Translations under genes and position numbers: made by a program
The notes under the pieces: model-generated
What the model saw: the letters and a program-made list of their open reading frames with translations, nothing else
Database searches by the model: none
What the model was told of the DNA's origin: nothing
Shown here: piece by piece, positions 32,528 through 44,412 of the stretch
How the letters are laid out: each line of letters opens with the position of its first letter
Numbering within the stretch: position 1 is the first letter of the stretch
Assembly (NCBI GenBank): GCA_965226885.1
Contig: CBDDEL010000015.1
Location: 64,001-128,000, forward strand
Length of the DNA stretch: 64,000 nt
Direction: 5' to 3'
Source: Opitutales bacterium
Lineage (GTDB): Bacteria > Verrucomicrobiota > Verrucomicrobiia > Opitutales > UBA2987

Positions 32528-33139
32528 TTCTTCATTTTTTGGAACTGAGGGAAGCCTGTTAAAAAGCGCTCCCAAGGCGCTATCTATTATATACCCGCGT
32601 ATATCCGTGTAATGTGTAATCTGAGGGTGCAGTTGCGGATTTATAAAACCCGGGCATTAAGCGAAAGAAATGCGACGCCTCAACCGAAGGTATAAACAAG
32701 AGCGCAATACACATCCACCCACAAGAGAACTTGAAAATACGTTTAACCGTAGCAATATTGCAGCAGAGATCACCGCACCTGCATCTAAATCTATAAAATA
32801 GTCGGAACATGCCGCCCATTATACAGCAAAACCAAGAAAATGTCAATGGCTACGTTGGCTCCGTTTGATGCGTTTGATTAAACTTCGATTTTCAGGGTAT
32901 TTTTCACCAATAAACCCCAATTTCACCCAAAAAACACCCTCCCAACAAATAAAAAATAGCCAAAAGCCCAGAAAATCCCCCCATCTTGCATCCAATATCC
33001 GAGTTAATCCATGGTTAAAAAAAATCAATCCTATCCAAAATTTCGTGAATACGCATTCTACCACAAAACCCGAAAACAGGCAACTGATAGGTTGGCTCCG
33101 TTTGATAGGATAGAATAAATATATCAAATCAATGGGAAA

Positions 33140-33315
33140 TCTCAATCCCAACCTTGCCACCCGGCCAATCCACAACAAATCGTAATTGCCGCCTATTCCA
33201 CTAGCAGATACCAAGAAAAAAAATTGCCAAATCATATTGAAAGCCGAAAATTGGATCGAAATATTAGAAAGTAGCTATTTTCAACGTTTATAAATGTTCA
33301 TGTGGGAAATCTCGG
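33140..33315 (+). repeat. Dispersed repeat, probable right end of a decayed IS1380-like element
   Basis: Aligns by eye with the reverse complement of 58635-58815; last 58 nt also match 39548-39605; ends GAAATCTCGG. Confidence 0.7.
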
Positions 33316-33320
33316 TTGAT

Positions 33321-33976
33321 ATGAAAAAAGAGCATAGATCATTTATTCCGCAGCGTTTAAGACTTGCCAAAAAACAGCTCAAACTGATGGCACAAAGACC
33401 ATACAGGCTTGCGACCGCGAAACAACGTGCGCTTCCAGGTTTTCTCATACTCGGAGCTGCAAAATGTGGGACCACCTCAATGTATGCCTACATCAGTGAG
33501 CATCCCCAAGTCCATCCTGCAATGTTAAAAGAAGTTCGGTTTTTCAATCGTAATTACGATAAGGGAGAGGATTGGTATCGTTCATACTTTCCTCTGCTTA
33601 AGACTATGAATCACGACAGCATAACCGGAGAAGCTTCTCCGGGCTACCTCAATAATCACTTAGTGTGTGAACGCATTAAAAAGATGTTGCCGAATGTAAA
33701 AATGCTGTGTCTTTTGCGCAACCCAACAGAGCGTGTTATATCACGCTACTTTATGAAATTATGGGCGCGCTACGAAAGCATGCCGATCCTGGAGGCCATG
33801 CAGGCTGACAAGGATTACGCTTTCTCCAAACGAAAACAGAGGCTTAGAGATCGCATTCTGGGCCGAGACCGGCGTTATCAATTTAGCTATTTGGAAGGGG
33901 GAAAGTATGTGAGAAATCTGGAACGTTACTGGCGGCTTTTTGACCGGGATCATTTACTGATACTGTGCAGCGAAAT
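33321..33976 (+). pseudogene. Sulfotransferase (heparan-sulfate-sulfotransferase-like bacterial family), 3'-truncated at IS3
   Basis: PGFLILGAAKCGTTS, KEVRFF, TGEASPGY, LRNPTERVISRY; frame runs into the IS end at 33977; no native C-terminus found. Confidence 0.85.
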
Positions 33977-35219
33977 TGATCGAACCCCATCTTTGCTACC
34001 ACTTTAAGTGAGAGTATTTCCGTAGGTTTGGTATTGTAGGTTTTGCAGCGGGTGGCGCAATGAGGCCGTAGGCCGAATGGAGCCAGCCGCTGCTTTGTTG
34101 ATTGTTCGCCAGAGTCTGGCAAATGTATTTGGGGAGAGAAAGCCTAATCGGCTGTGGGGGTGTTTCGCGTTGTATTTGTGTCGCCATTGTTCGACCACCA
34201 CACGCGCTTCGGTCACGCTCAGGAACAGTTCCTGATTAAGGCATTCATCGCGCAAACGATTATGAAAGGATTCTATATGTCCATTCTGCCAAGGGCTTCC
34301 TGGATCAATGTATGCGATGGCAATTTCCTGTCGCTGCAGTTCTTCTTTGACTTGGTGGGCTATAAACTCCGATCCGTTGTCCGAGCGGATGCACTGAGGT
34401 TTGCCGTTCTCTCTTATGGCATCGTTCAATACCTCTACCACATCGGCACTTTTCAGTGAGCGCGCAACCTTAATGGCCAGGCATTGACGGGTATGTTCAT
34501 CGATCAGTGTCAAGAGCCTGAGCGGACCGCCCCGGTCGGTGCGATCCGCCACGAAGTCCCAACTCCACACATGGTTGGGCTGCACTGCTCGGGTCGGGGT
34601 AGCCGTGGATTGGCCCTGCCGGCGACGGCGCTTGCCAGACGGGCGCACACCCAGTCCTTCGAAACGACGCACTTTTTGGACGAATTTGCGACTCACGGGC
34701 CAACCTTCATGGGTCAACAAAGCGCGGATCCGACGATAGCCATAGCGCGGATGCTTCTTCGAAAAGGCAATGATGCGTGCCACCAGTTTATGCCTATACT
34801 CAGTAGCTTTCTTGGGTTCATACAGGTAGGTTGAGCGGTGCAACCAAAAATACTGACAGGCCCGACGCAGCGAGCACGACCCTTGGGCCAATACATGCTT
34901 CACCGCTTCCTTTTTCTGCTTCGGGCCTACCATTTTTTTGCGTTCACCTCCTTGAGCACACGGTTCTCCAGCATCTGCTCGGCTACAATCTTCTTAAGCT
35001 GTGTGTTCTCGCGCTCCAGCTCCTTCAGCCGCTTGGCGTCACGCAGCTCCATGCGGCCATACTTTTTACGCCAACGATGGTAGCTTTGAGGACTGATATT
35101 GTGGGACCGACAGACATCCTGAATGCCTTTGCCTGCGTCTACTTCGCGCAGTATCGTTATGATTTGTTCAGGGGTGTATCTTTTTTGCTTCATAGGTCTT
35201 TCCGGTAATTTCTCCAGAA
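33977..35219 (-). mobile_element. IS3-family element A (orfA 34927-35193, orfB 34004-34933), left end missing
   Basis: orfA MKQKRYTPEQII, A7 slippery site before TGGTAG, orfB WSWDF...RSDNGSEF...PWQNGHIESF; one end TGATCGAACCCC; other end replaced by IS3 element B. Confidence 0.92.
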
Positions 35220-36544
35220 TGATGTGCACTGGAAAAAGTGGACACGAGATTCTCCTAAATGGAGAATCGAAGCATGGGAAGAAGACGCAGTATAGAGTTC
35301 AAAAATGAGGCAGTTCAACTGATGATACTCGATGGTCTGAGCGCCACCGAGGTATCGACCAAACTTGGGGTCAACACCAACCAATTGTATAGGTGGAAGA
35401 GGCTCTATCTGGACGATCAGCAGGGCGAAGCCACCTCAAAGCGACAGAGCAGTCCGAAGGAGATGGCGGCCGAGATAGATCGTCTTCGCAAAGAGCTGCG
35501 CCGCTCGGAGCGGATCAACCAGATACTAAAAAAAACGGTGGGCTACTTTGCCAAGGACGAACAATGAAGTACCAGTTTGTCAAAGACAACGAGGGGCGCT
35601 TCAAGATCGAGGAAATATGCTCGGCGATGGGGATTTGTCGCAGTGGCTATTACTGCTGGAGGCCCCGAGCGCCCTCGGCCCGGCGGATCGAGGACGAGGG
35701 AATCAAGGGGGCGATCCTGAAGGTACACAAAGAGGCCAAGGGCCGCTATGGGCATCGGCCAATGCACCGCCATCTGAAGGATGATGAGGGCATCGATTGC
35801 GGCCGTGACCGGGCTCTGCGTCTGATGCGTGAAATGGGAATCAAAAGCACCCAGAGTAAACGCTTTAAGCCATTAAAAACCAACAGTAACCATCCCTATG
35901 GTTACAGCCCCAATGTGCTTAAAAAGCATGGCCAGCCGACCCATATCGACGAGGTCTGGGTGGCGGACACGACCTACCTACGGACCCTGGCCGGTTGGAT
36001 GTACTTGGCCACGGTGATGGACCTGTTCAGCCGACGCCTGCTGGGCTGGAGCGTTTCCAACCACAACGACGCGAAGCTGGTTGGCAAGGCCCTCAAAGCC
36101 GCGGCCATGACCCGCGGCACACTGCGCACCGGGATTATTCATCACAGCGATCGGGGCAGCCCCTACGCCAGCGACGACTATCAGAGGCTGGTCTCTGAAC
36201 TAGGCATGAAGCCGAGCATGAGCGCCCAAGGCAACTGCTACGACAACGCGGCCATGGAATCGTTCTACGGCCGCTTCAAGACCAGCACGATTCGAGGCCG
36301 CCACTTTGCCGACGAGCGCGAACTGCGATCAACTGTCTTCGAATACGTGGAAATCTTCTACAACCGATATCGCAAACATTCCTCTCTGAGTTACCAAAGC
36401 CCAGTCCAATTCGAGGAAAATATTTGCCCCCCATGGGGGGCAACGAGAAAACAAAACCCTTTACCAAAACAAGCCGCCTGACACACTAATCAATAAACAA
36501 TGAATATAAGAGAATCCCGTGTCCAACAAATCCAGTACACGTCA
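35220..36544 (+). mobile_element. IS3-family element B, copy 1
   Basis: IRs TGATGTGCACTGGA...GGACAC / GTGTCC...TCCAGTACACGTCA; orfA 35259-35567, orfB to 36481 (WVADTTY, HHSDRGS, CYDNAAMESF); no TSD at its own ends. Confidence 0.95.
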
Positions 36545-36562
36545 AAATCCCGGTTTTTACTT

Positions 36563-36605
36563 TTACCCATACCCCACTTACCCCCCACTTACCCATACCC
36601 CACTT
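36563..36605 (+). repeat. Short 8/16-nt periodic repeat
   Basis: ttacccataccccac ttaccccccac ttacccataccccac just upstream of the MATE start. Confidence 0.6.
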
Positions 36606-36613
36606 GAAAATAT

Positions 36614-39313
36614 ATGGCCGATAGGATTAGTGACGACGATCAGGATTTGACATTGGGTTCCATACCGGTCCTGGTCAGGAGGTTGGCGATTCCGGCCAGT
36701 ATCGGGTTTTTCTTTAACACCATGTACAATGTGGTGGATACTTTTTATGCGGGTCTCGTTTCCACCCAGGCATTGGCGGCTCTCTCATTGTCCTTTCCGG
36801 TTTTCTTTTTAATAATAGCCTTCGGTTATGGTTTATCTACCGGTGCGACCGCATTAATTTCCAATTATCTGGGTGCCGGAAATAGAGAAAAGGCCATCAG
36901 ATACACGGCCCAGTCGATTTCGTATGCAGTGCTATTGTCGATAGGGCTAACTATTTTTGGTTATTTCAGCGCTCCGTTTCTATTTCAGATATTAGGGGCC
37001 AGTAAGAATTATCTTACAATGAGCTTGGATTACATCAATGTAATCTATTACGGGGCCGTATTCTTTGTTTTATCATTTATTTTAAACGCACCCTTAAATG
37101 CTGTTGGAAATACTAAACCCTATCGTAATTTCTTAATTATCGGGTTTTTTCTTAACTTAATACTAAACCCGATTTTTATGTTCGGTTGGATCGGATTTCC
37201 GGCCCTCGGACTGGCCGGCATCGCATTAGCTACAGTGGTTATTGAAATTTTGGGGTGTGTTTATCTTTGCTATAAATTGTATGAATCCGGTTTGATTAAC
37301 GTGAGCACAAGAAAATCTTTACTCCCTGATCTCAAATCGTTTAAGGATTTAACTCAGCAAGGATTTCCCGCCAGCATGAACATGGCAACCGTTGCCATAG
37401 GAATTTTTGTCATAACCTATTTTGTCAGCAGATTTGGAAAAGAAGCGGTGGCAGCATACGGCATTGCAACGAGAATTGAACAAATCGCATTGCTCCCAAC
37501 AATCGGGTTAAACATAGCCACACTATCCCTGGTGGGGCAAAATATGGGGGCCAATAAATGCCATAGGGTTAGAGAAACTTTGCACACAACCTTAAAGTAC
37601 GGGGCTTTTGTGGCGCTTTTCGGTGTGCTTTTACTCTTTATTTTTTCAAAACTGTTGATGGGACTATTTACCGACGATCATGCGGTCGTTAATATCGGAA
37701 GCGTTTATTTAAAGATAGCGGCTTTTTTACTTTGGTCTTACGTTATTATGTTTATCAACGTTTCGGCCTTGCAGTGATGTGCACTGGAAAAAGTGGACAC
37801 GAGATTCTCCTAAATGGAGAATCGAAGCATGGGAAGAAGACGCAGTATAGAGTTCAAAAATGAGGCAGTTCAACTGATGATACTCGATGGTCTGAGCGCC
37901 ACCGAGGTATCGACCAAACTTAGGGTCAACACCAACCAATTGTATAGGTGGAAGAGGCTCTATCTGGACGATCAGCAGGGCGAAGCCACCTCAAAGCGAC
38001 AGAGCAGTCCGAAGGAGATGGCGGCCGAGATAGATCGTCTTCGCAAAGAGCTGCGCCGCTCGGAGCGGATCAACCAGATACTAAAAAAAACGGTGGGCTA
38101 CTTTGCCAAGGACGAACAATGAAGTACCAGTTTGTCAAAGACAACGAGGGGCGCTTCAAGATCGAGGAAATATGCTCGGCGATGGGGATTTGTCGCAGTG
38201 GCTATTACTGCTGGAGGCCCCGAGCGCCCTCGGCCCGGCGGATCGAGGACGAGGGAATCAAGGGGGCGATCCTGAAGGTACACAAAGAGGCCAAGGGCCG
38301 CTATGGGCATCGGCCAATGCACCGCCATCTGAAGGATGATGAGGGCATCGATTGCGGCCGTGACCGGGCTCTGCGTCTGATGCGTGAAATGGGAATCAAA
38401 AGCACCCAGAGTAAACGCTTTAAGCCATTAAAAACCAACAGTAACCATCCCTATGGTTACAGCCCCAATGTGCTTAAAAAGCATGGCCAGCCGACCCATA
38501 TCGACGAGGTCTGGGTGGCGGACACGACCTACCTACGGACCCTGGCCGGTTGGATGTACTTGGCCACGGTGATGGACCTGTTCAGCCGACGCCTGCTGGG
38601 CTGGAGCGTTTCCAACCACAACGACGCGAAGCTGGTTGGCAAGGCCCTCAAAGCCGCGGCCATGACCCGCGGCACACTGCGCACCGGGATTATTCATCAC
38701 AGCGATCGGGGCAGCCCCTACGCCAGCGACGACTATCAGAGGCTGGTCTCTGAACTAGGCATGAAGCCGAGCATGAGCGCCCAAGGCAACTGCTACGACA
38801 ACGCGGCCATGGAATCGTTCTACGGCCGCTTCAAGACCAGCACGATTCGAGGCCGCCACTTTGCCGACGAGCGCGAACTGCGATCAACTGTCTTCGAATA
38901 CGTGGAAATCTTCTACAACCGATATCGCAAACATTCCTCTCTGAGTTACCAAAGCCCAGTCCAATTCGAGGAAAATATTTGCCCCCCATGGGGGGCAACG
39001 AGAAAACAAAACCCTTTACCAAAACAAGCCGCCTGACACACTAATCAATAAACAATGAATATAAGAGAATCCCGTGTCCAACAAATCCAGTACACGTCAG
39101 CAGGGAATGAAGCGCCCCATGTTTGCCCTCTGGATTGGACTTGGCAGGCAAATTGTGGCCCCAATTGCTGTTTTTTATTTATTCGTTTATGTGATTGAAA
39201 CCGGTTTGCTTGGAATATGGTGGGGGATATTTGGAATCAACTGGACCGCAGCCATTATATCCTTGGCCTACGCCAAAAAGATAATCAGGCTGGAAGAAGA
39301 AGCGGCTGGTTAG
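36614..39313 (+). pseudogene. MATE-family efflux transporter (456 aa reconstructed), interrupted by IS3 element B
   Basis: LAIPASIG...YNVVDTF, AVAAYGIATRIE; removing the IS and one GCAG gives in-frame ...ALQGMKRP... Confidence 0.93.
37775..39099 (+). mobile_element. IS3-family element B, copy 2
   Basis: One substitution seen versus copy 1; 4-bp TSD GCAG. Confidence 0.96.
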
Positions 39314-39605
39314 CCCATATATCCCATTTCATCATAAGAAAATTTACTTATAGCGAGCAAATTCTTAAAAACCAATGGGTGACGCAAAAAGAGCGGTTTT
39401 CGGGTTCAATTTAACCGCCGAATCAAGTTGAGTTCCACGGTGCGAAGGTTCCCAGTGATGCAGGATTGCTACTCTACCGGGAACTCAATGAGGCTCTCGG
39501 GCTGACGGCGATTGGAAGCGAAAATGTCGTGGAGAATCACACAGGCAGAAATATTGGAAAGTAGCTATTTTTAACGATTATGAATGTTCATTTTGGAAAT
39601 CTCGG
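39314..39605 (+). mobile_element. Internally deleted, degenerate IS1380-family relic (~290 bp), distinct from the intact IS1380 copies
   Basis: Frameshifted fragment MGDAKRAV..RRIK..FHGAKVPSDAGLLLYRELNEALGLT from 39376; imperfect IRs CCCATATATCCCAT / TTTGGAAATCTCGG. Confidence 0.7.
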
Positions 39606-39655
39606 ATATAAGGTATTTTGGTGATTGTTTCTTTTTCATTCATATTAAAATTTAG

Positions 39656-40457
39656 GGTAGTGTATTAAGTAGGAATGGTGGCTAATTCTTGATTATATTG
39701 ATGAATGAAAAGTCTCAGACAGGTTTCATGCATACTCTTAAGCTTGGAAAAGGAGAGGGTTTTGCGTGTGAAACGACCCAGTCGTTGGCGCAGGGTATTG
39801 TTCCATCGTTCCACATGGGCCGTTTCACCGGTTTCTTTTCCCACGGATCGGTTATGAGGAAAGACTTCATCATAAGTGCTCCAAAAGTCGCTGTAGGTGG
39901 CACATCTTTTGTAGGCCCGTGGCAGACGCTCGTAAAGTTCCCGGCAACGATACCAATCCCGAGGCCCAATGGCATAGGAGAGGATTTGACGGGTGCGTCG
40001 GCAAAGAGCGATCCAAACCCATTGGGCATCGCTCTTGCGCCCCACAAAAGACCACAGTTCGTCCAGTTCAATGACATCATGGCGGCGGGCCGCAAGAATC
40101 GTGCTTTTGAGCGGTCGCAGCGATTGTCGTTTTTTTTAACCAACTCAAAACGGTGTTGGGACTCACCCCGAAGGCGCGCTGTAAACCGCGTAGACTGCTG
40201 CGTTCCTGATAGACTCGAAGGATCATTTCTTTTTGCTCTTCGGTGTATTTCACTGTGGGGTTTTCGCGGCTTTGTTTACCACAATCATGGCAGCGGTAGC
40301 GCTGTTTATGGTTGGGCGTCTTGCCAAATTTAATGATATTTTCACTTCCACAGTGCCGACAATTAATAATTTTAGTAACCATGCACTAAAAATAAACTGC
40401 CTAACGCTATTTGTACAGCTAAAAATACAAAATAACATTCTTTTTTTATACACTACC
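39656..40457 (-). mobile_element. IS1-family element A, copy 3
   Basis: Same IRs; 8-bp TSD AAATTTAG. Confidence 0.96.
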
Positions 40458-40600
40458 AAATTTAGAAGGAAAAAAGTTTTCTACGTTTATAATTCATAGT
40501 TGGCGTTTGAAGATAAGCATTGGGATTCTCACGGGGGCGCCGAGTTATGGAGTGGTTTGGCCGTTGGGTGGTGACTGGGTGCAATAATGGGATGTTCGTT

Positions 40601-41179
40601 TCAATCAGTGTTTTTTGTTTTCGACCCCTTGCTGAGATGCGTACTTCTTTGTCTTTGAATCTCGAATAGGCATACTCCGGTGGCTACGGATATGTTTAGG
40701 CAATTGACGTGACCTCGCATGGGGATGCGTAATACTTCGTCGCAGGTATCTGTCGTTAGTCGCCGCATTCCCGATTCTTCGGAGCCCATTACGAGGACCG
40801 TTGGTTCGGTGAAGGTTGCCTCGTAGATCGATTTTTTGCCCTTGTCGGAAGTGCCTATAATCCAAAAACCCGCGTCCTTAAGTTTGTTCAGGGTTTGGGC
40901 CAAATTGGTCACCCGGATAAAGGGTATTTTTTCGGCCGCTCCTCGTGCTACGTGACGCACCGTATCGGTCATCGGAGCGGCCCGTTTGCGGGGAGCGATA
41001 ACGGCTCCCACCCCGGCCGCGTCCGCAGTTCGCAGGCAGGCCCCGAGGTTATGCGGGTCTTGCACGCAATCGAGCGCAAGTAGTAATTTGCCACGCTTCT
41101 TTTCGATGATAGTATAGAGGAAATCCTCGTCCACAACATCGAGTCTTCGGCTGGAAAATTGTCGCGATTGCTTTTTCAT
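40601..41179 (-). CDS. rlmB: SpoU/TrmH rRNA methyltransferase (RlmB-like, catalytic domain only)
   Basis: LDCVQDPHNLGACLRTADAAG, VTNLA, VMGSEESG, IPMRG..CLNISVA. Confidence 0.85.
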   Translation of the reverse strand: MKKQSRQFSSRRLDVVDEDFLYTIIEKKRGKLLLALDCVQDPHNLGACLRTADAAGVGAVIAPRKRAAPMTDTVRHVARGAAEKIPFIRVTNLAQTLNKLKDAGFWIIGTSDKGKKSIYEATFTEPTVLVMGSEESGMRRLTTDTCDEVLRIPMRGHVNCLNISVATGVCLFEIQRQRSTHLSKGSKTKNTD

Positions 41180-41195
41180 AGTGGTTTCAAGTCGA

Positions 41196-42917
41196 TCATT
41201 TCGATTTGGATTTCGACGGTTTTTTGCTTGCCGCTTGCCGCTCGATTTTTTTCCAGGAATCGCGCAGGGGCACGGTGAGGTTGAAGACTAGTTTATCCTT
41301 TCCGGAATCGACCGAATCGACGCAGAAATACCCCAATCGCTCGAACTGATAAATGCTGCCGGGGGCGGCCTCGGCCAGGCTCGGTTCGACCAGGCAGGAA
41401 ACGATTTCCAGGGAATCGGGATTGAGGTTGTCGGTGAAGCTCTTTCCCGTTTCGGTTTTCTCCGGACTCTTGGATATGAAAAGCCGGTCGTAGAGCCGGG
41501 CTTCCGCCTCCAGAGCATGTCGCGCCGATACCCAATGGATCGTCCCCTTCACTCTCCGACCATCGGGGGAACTGCCGCCGCGCGTTTCCGGGTCGTAGGT
41601 GCAACGAAGTTCGATCACTTCGCCGGTTGCCTCATCTTTAACCACCTCCTGGCAGGTGATGTAATACCCGTAACGCAGCCGCAACTCGCGCCCCGGGGCG
41701 AGGCGGAAAAATTTCCTCGGCGCCTCCTCCCGAAAATCATCCCGCTCGATATAAAGAACCTTTGAAAATGGAACCTTCCGCGTCCCGGCCGCCGGATCCT
41801 CAGGATTGTTGATTCCATCCAGTTCCTCCTCTTTACCCTCGGGATAATTAACCAGAACCACCCGCAGGGGACGCAGCACCGCCATGACCCGCGGGGCGCG
41901 CTTATTGAGGTCTTCCCTCAGGCAATGTTCGAGCAGGGAAACTTCGATGATGTTTTCCCGTTTGGCCACTCCCACCCGTTCAATGAAGGCGCGGATGGAC
42001 TGCGGCGTATAACCCCGGCGGCGCATTCCGCGCAACGTCGGCAGGCGGGGATCGTCCCAGCCGCTAACGTGGCCGCCCTCCACCAATTGGCGCAGGTAGC
42101 GTTTGCTCAGCGTCGTATAAGTGATGTTCAGGCGGGCGAATTCATATTGTTTGGAGGGAAAAATGCCGAGCTGTGCGATAAACCAGTCATAGAGCGGGCG
42201 GTGGTCTTCAAATTCCAGCGAACAGAGCGAATGGGTGACCCCTTCAAGGGAATCGCTCTGCCCATGCGTGAAATCGTAGGTCGGATAAATACACCAGGTG
42301 TTGCCGGTGCGTGGATGAGCTTCGTGGAGGATGCGGTACATGACCGGGTCGCGCATATTCATGTTGCCGGAGGCCATGTCGATTTTGGCCCGCAGGACGC
42401 GCTCGCCTTGCGGGAACTCCCCCTCCCGCATCCGTTTGAAAAGGTCGAGATTTTCCTCCATACTGCGGTCCCGGAAAGGGCTGTTTTTACCCGGTTGGGT
42501 GAGTGTCCCGCGGTATTGGCGAATATCCTCCGCCGAAAGATCATCCACATAAGCCTTGCCGTCCTCAATCAGTCGAACGGCCCACTGATAGAGCTGCTCA
42601 AAATAGTCCGATGCATAATATTCGTGCTCGCCCCAATCGAAACCGAGCCAGCCAACGTCCTCCTTGATGGCGTCGATAAACTCCTGTTCTTCCTTCACGG
42701 GGTTGGTGTCGTCGAAGCGCAAATGGCAGCGGCCGCCATATTCCTCGGCCATACCGAAGTTGATGCAGAAGGCCTTGGCGTTGCCGATGTGCAGGTACCC
42801 ATTCGGTTCGGGGGGGAACCGGGTGATGACCTCCCCGCCGTGTTTTCCGGCCTTCACATCGTCAGTGATAATGGTGCGGATGAAGTTGGAACTGGAACTC
42901 TCTTCCGGTGAACTCAT
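41196..42917 (-). CDS. glnS: Glutamine--tRNA ligase
   Basis: [41 protein letters not shown]. Confidence 0.97.
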   Translation of the reverse strand: MSSPEESSSSNFIRTIITDDVKAGKHGGEVITRFPPEPNGYLHIGNAKAFCINFGMAEEYGGRCHLRFDDTNPVKEEQEFIDAIKEDVGWLGFDWGEHEYYASDYFEQLYQWAVRLIEDGKAYVDDLSAEDIRQYRGTLTQPGKNSPFRDRSMEENLDLFKRMREGEFPQGERVLRAKIDMASGNMNMRDPVMYRILHEAHPRTGNTWCIYPTYDFTHGQSDSLEGVTHSLCSLEFEDHRPLYDWFIAQLGIFPSKQYEFARLNITYTTLSKRYLRQLVEGGHVSGWDDPRLPTLRGMRRRGYTPQSIRAFIERVGVAKRENIIEVSLLEHCLREDLNKRAPRVMAVLRPLRVVLVNYPEGKEEELDGINNPEDPAAGTRKVPFSKVLYIERDDFREEAPRKFFRLAPGRELRLRYGYYITCQEVVKDEATGEVIELRCTYDPETRGGSSPDGRRVKGTIHWVSARHALEAEARLYDRLFISKSPEKTETGKSFTDNLNPDSLEIVSCLVEPSLAEAAPGSIYQFERLGYFCVDSVDSGKDKLVFNLTVPLRDSWKKIERQAASKKPSKSKSK

Positions 42918-42961
42918 GGAGTGGTTTTTCTAAAAATTAAATGAAGGAGATAGGTTAAGTT

Positions 42962-44296
42962 CTAGTCTTTATCGGCCAGCTGGTTCGAAGTAAATCTCTC
43001 TATGCGGGCGAGAACACGTTTTTTGCCGAGGACCCGCATGAGGGCGTAAAAACTCGGCCCGGCGTTGGTCCCGGAAACCGCCAGGCGCGCCGCATGGATG
43101 TAGTCGCCGGTGTAAAGACCCTTTTTTTCGGAAAGTTGTTTAACGGTATCTTCGAGGCTTTCCTCATCAAAATCCTCCAGATCGGTCAATTCCAGGTACA
43201 GCTCTCGCAGGCGGGCGAGGGGATCGCCTTTTTTGAAAATTTTCCTTTTCGCTTTTTCCAGAAGCGGAAACTCCTCGGTGAAAAAATAACCCGCATAACC
43301 AGCCAGGTCGTTGAGGGATCGGACTTTTTCCTGGCATAATTGGAGGACCGATTTGAGGTATTGCCGGTCCGTATTTTCGTCCACCAGGCCCGCTTCGGCC
43401 AGCAGTGGTGAGGCTTTTTCCATAAAAGTATCCAGCGGGAGGTTGCGCAAATATTCGCCATTGATTTGGGCCAGTTTCCTCTCATCAAAACGGGCGCCGT
43501 CTTTATTGATACCGGGCAGGTCGAATCGCTCAATCATTTCCGGCAAAGGGAAAATCTCGCTATTGTCCTTGGGGTTCCAGCCCAGCAGGCAAAGGTAGTT
43601 GCGGACCGCTTCCGGCAGGTAATGCTGTTTCTCGTATTCCTCCACCAAGGCTCCCTGGGCGCGCTTGCTCATTTTTCCCGGCGCATTCGATTTGAGGATG
43701 AGCGGAACGTGGGCAAAAACCGGTAGCGGCGCCCCGAGCGCGTGGAAAAGCTCCGTATGTTTGCTCGTATTGGAAAGGTGGTCCTCCCCCCGGATAATAT
43801 GGGTGATGCCCATCGTGATGTCGTCCACGACCACCACAAAATGGTAAACTGGCGTGCCATTGGAGCGAAAAATGACGAAATCCTTCTCTTCCGTGCGGAC
43901 GACTTTCCCCCTCACGGCATCGTCGATAATTTGCGCTTCACCCGAAACCTTGAAATAGACCGCCCCGTCCTTGTCATAGGCACGGCCATTTTGGCGAAGC
44001 TTTTCCAGGTATTCCCGGTAAATGCCGCCTCTCTCGCTTTGAAAATAAGGCCCTCGGGAACCGCCAATTTCCGGACCCTCGTCCCAATCCAGGCCGAGCC
44101 AGCGCAATCCGTCCAAAAGCAGTTGGAGCGCCTCCGGGGTATTGCGCTCCTTGTCGGTGTCTTCAATACGGAGGATAAAGGTCCCGCCCGTGTGCCGCGC
44201 GTAGAGCCAGTTGAACAGGGCCGTGCGGGCCCCGCCGATATGGAAAAAACCGGTCGGGCTGGGCGCAAAGCGCACTCTGACATCGGAAGTACTCAT
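42962..44296 (-). CDS. gltX: Glutamate--tRNA ligase
   Basis: [26 protein letters not shown]. Confidence 0.97.
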   Translation of the reverse strand: MSTSDVRVRFAPSPTGFFHIGGARTALFNWLYARHTGGTFILRIEDTDKERNTPEALQLLLDGLRWLGLDWDEGPEIGGSRGPYFQSERGGIYREYLEKLRQNGRAYDKDGAVYFKVSGEAQIIDDAVRGKVVRTEEKDFVIFRSNGTPVYHFVVVVDDITMGITHIIRGEDHLSNTSKHTELFHALGAPLPVFAHVPLILKSNAPGKMSKRAQGALVEEYEKQHYLPEAVRNYLCLLGWNPKDNSEIFPLPEMIERFDLPGINKDGARFDERKLAQINGEYLRNLPLDTFMEKASPLLAEAGLVDENTDRQYLKSVLQLCQEKVRSLNDLAGYAGYFFTEEFPLLEKAKRKIFKKGDPLARLRELYLELTDLEDFDEESLEDTVKQLSEKKGLYTGDYIHAARLAVSGTNAGPSFYALMRVLGKKRVLARIERFTSNQLADKD

Positions 44297-44412
44297 TTTT
44301 TCTGGAAAATGCTTAAGACTTAAAAATTGGAAAACTTAAAAGTTTGAAAAAGGCGGGTTCCCCCAGAAAATGCAACCGTAAAGCCGATGGCGGTGGCATT
44401 CAAACCAGGATT

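Noticed and set aside
31442..32575. 377-aa minus-strand ORF
   Set aside because: Antisense to smpB and trmL, which carry clear motifs.
31297..33300. tmRNA or tRNA near smpB as an integration site
   Set aside because: No GGGGC...CCACCA ends or T-arm motif found by eye; needs ARAGORN/Infernal to exclude fully.
35220..39099. Composite transposon of two IS3-B copies carrying the MATE 5' part
   Set aside because: Copy 2 has its own GCAG TSD inside the MATE gene, so it inserted independently.
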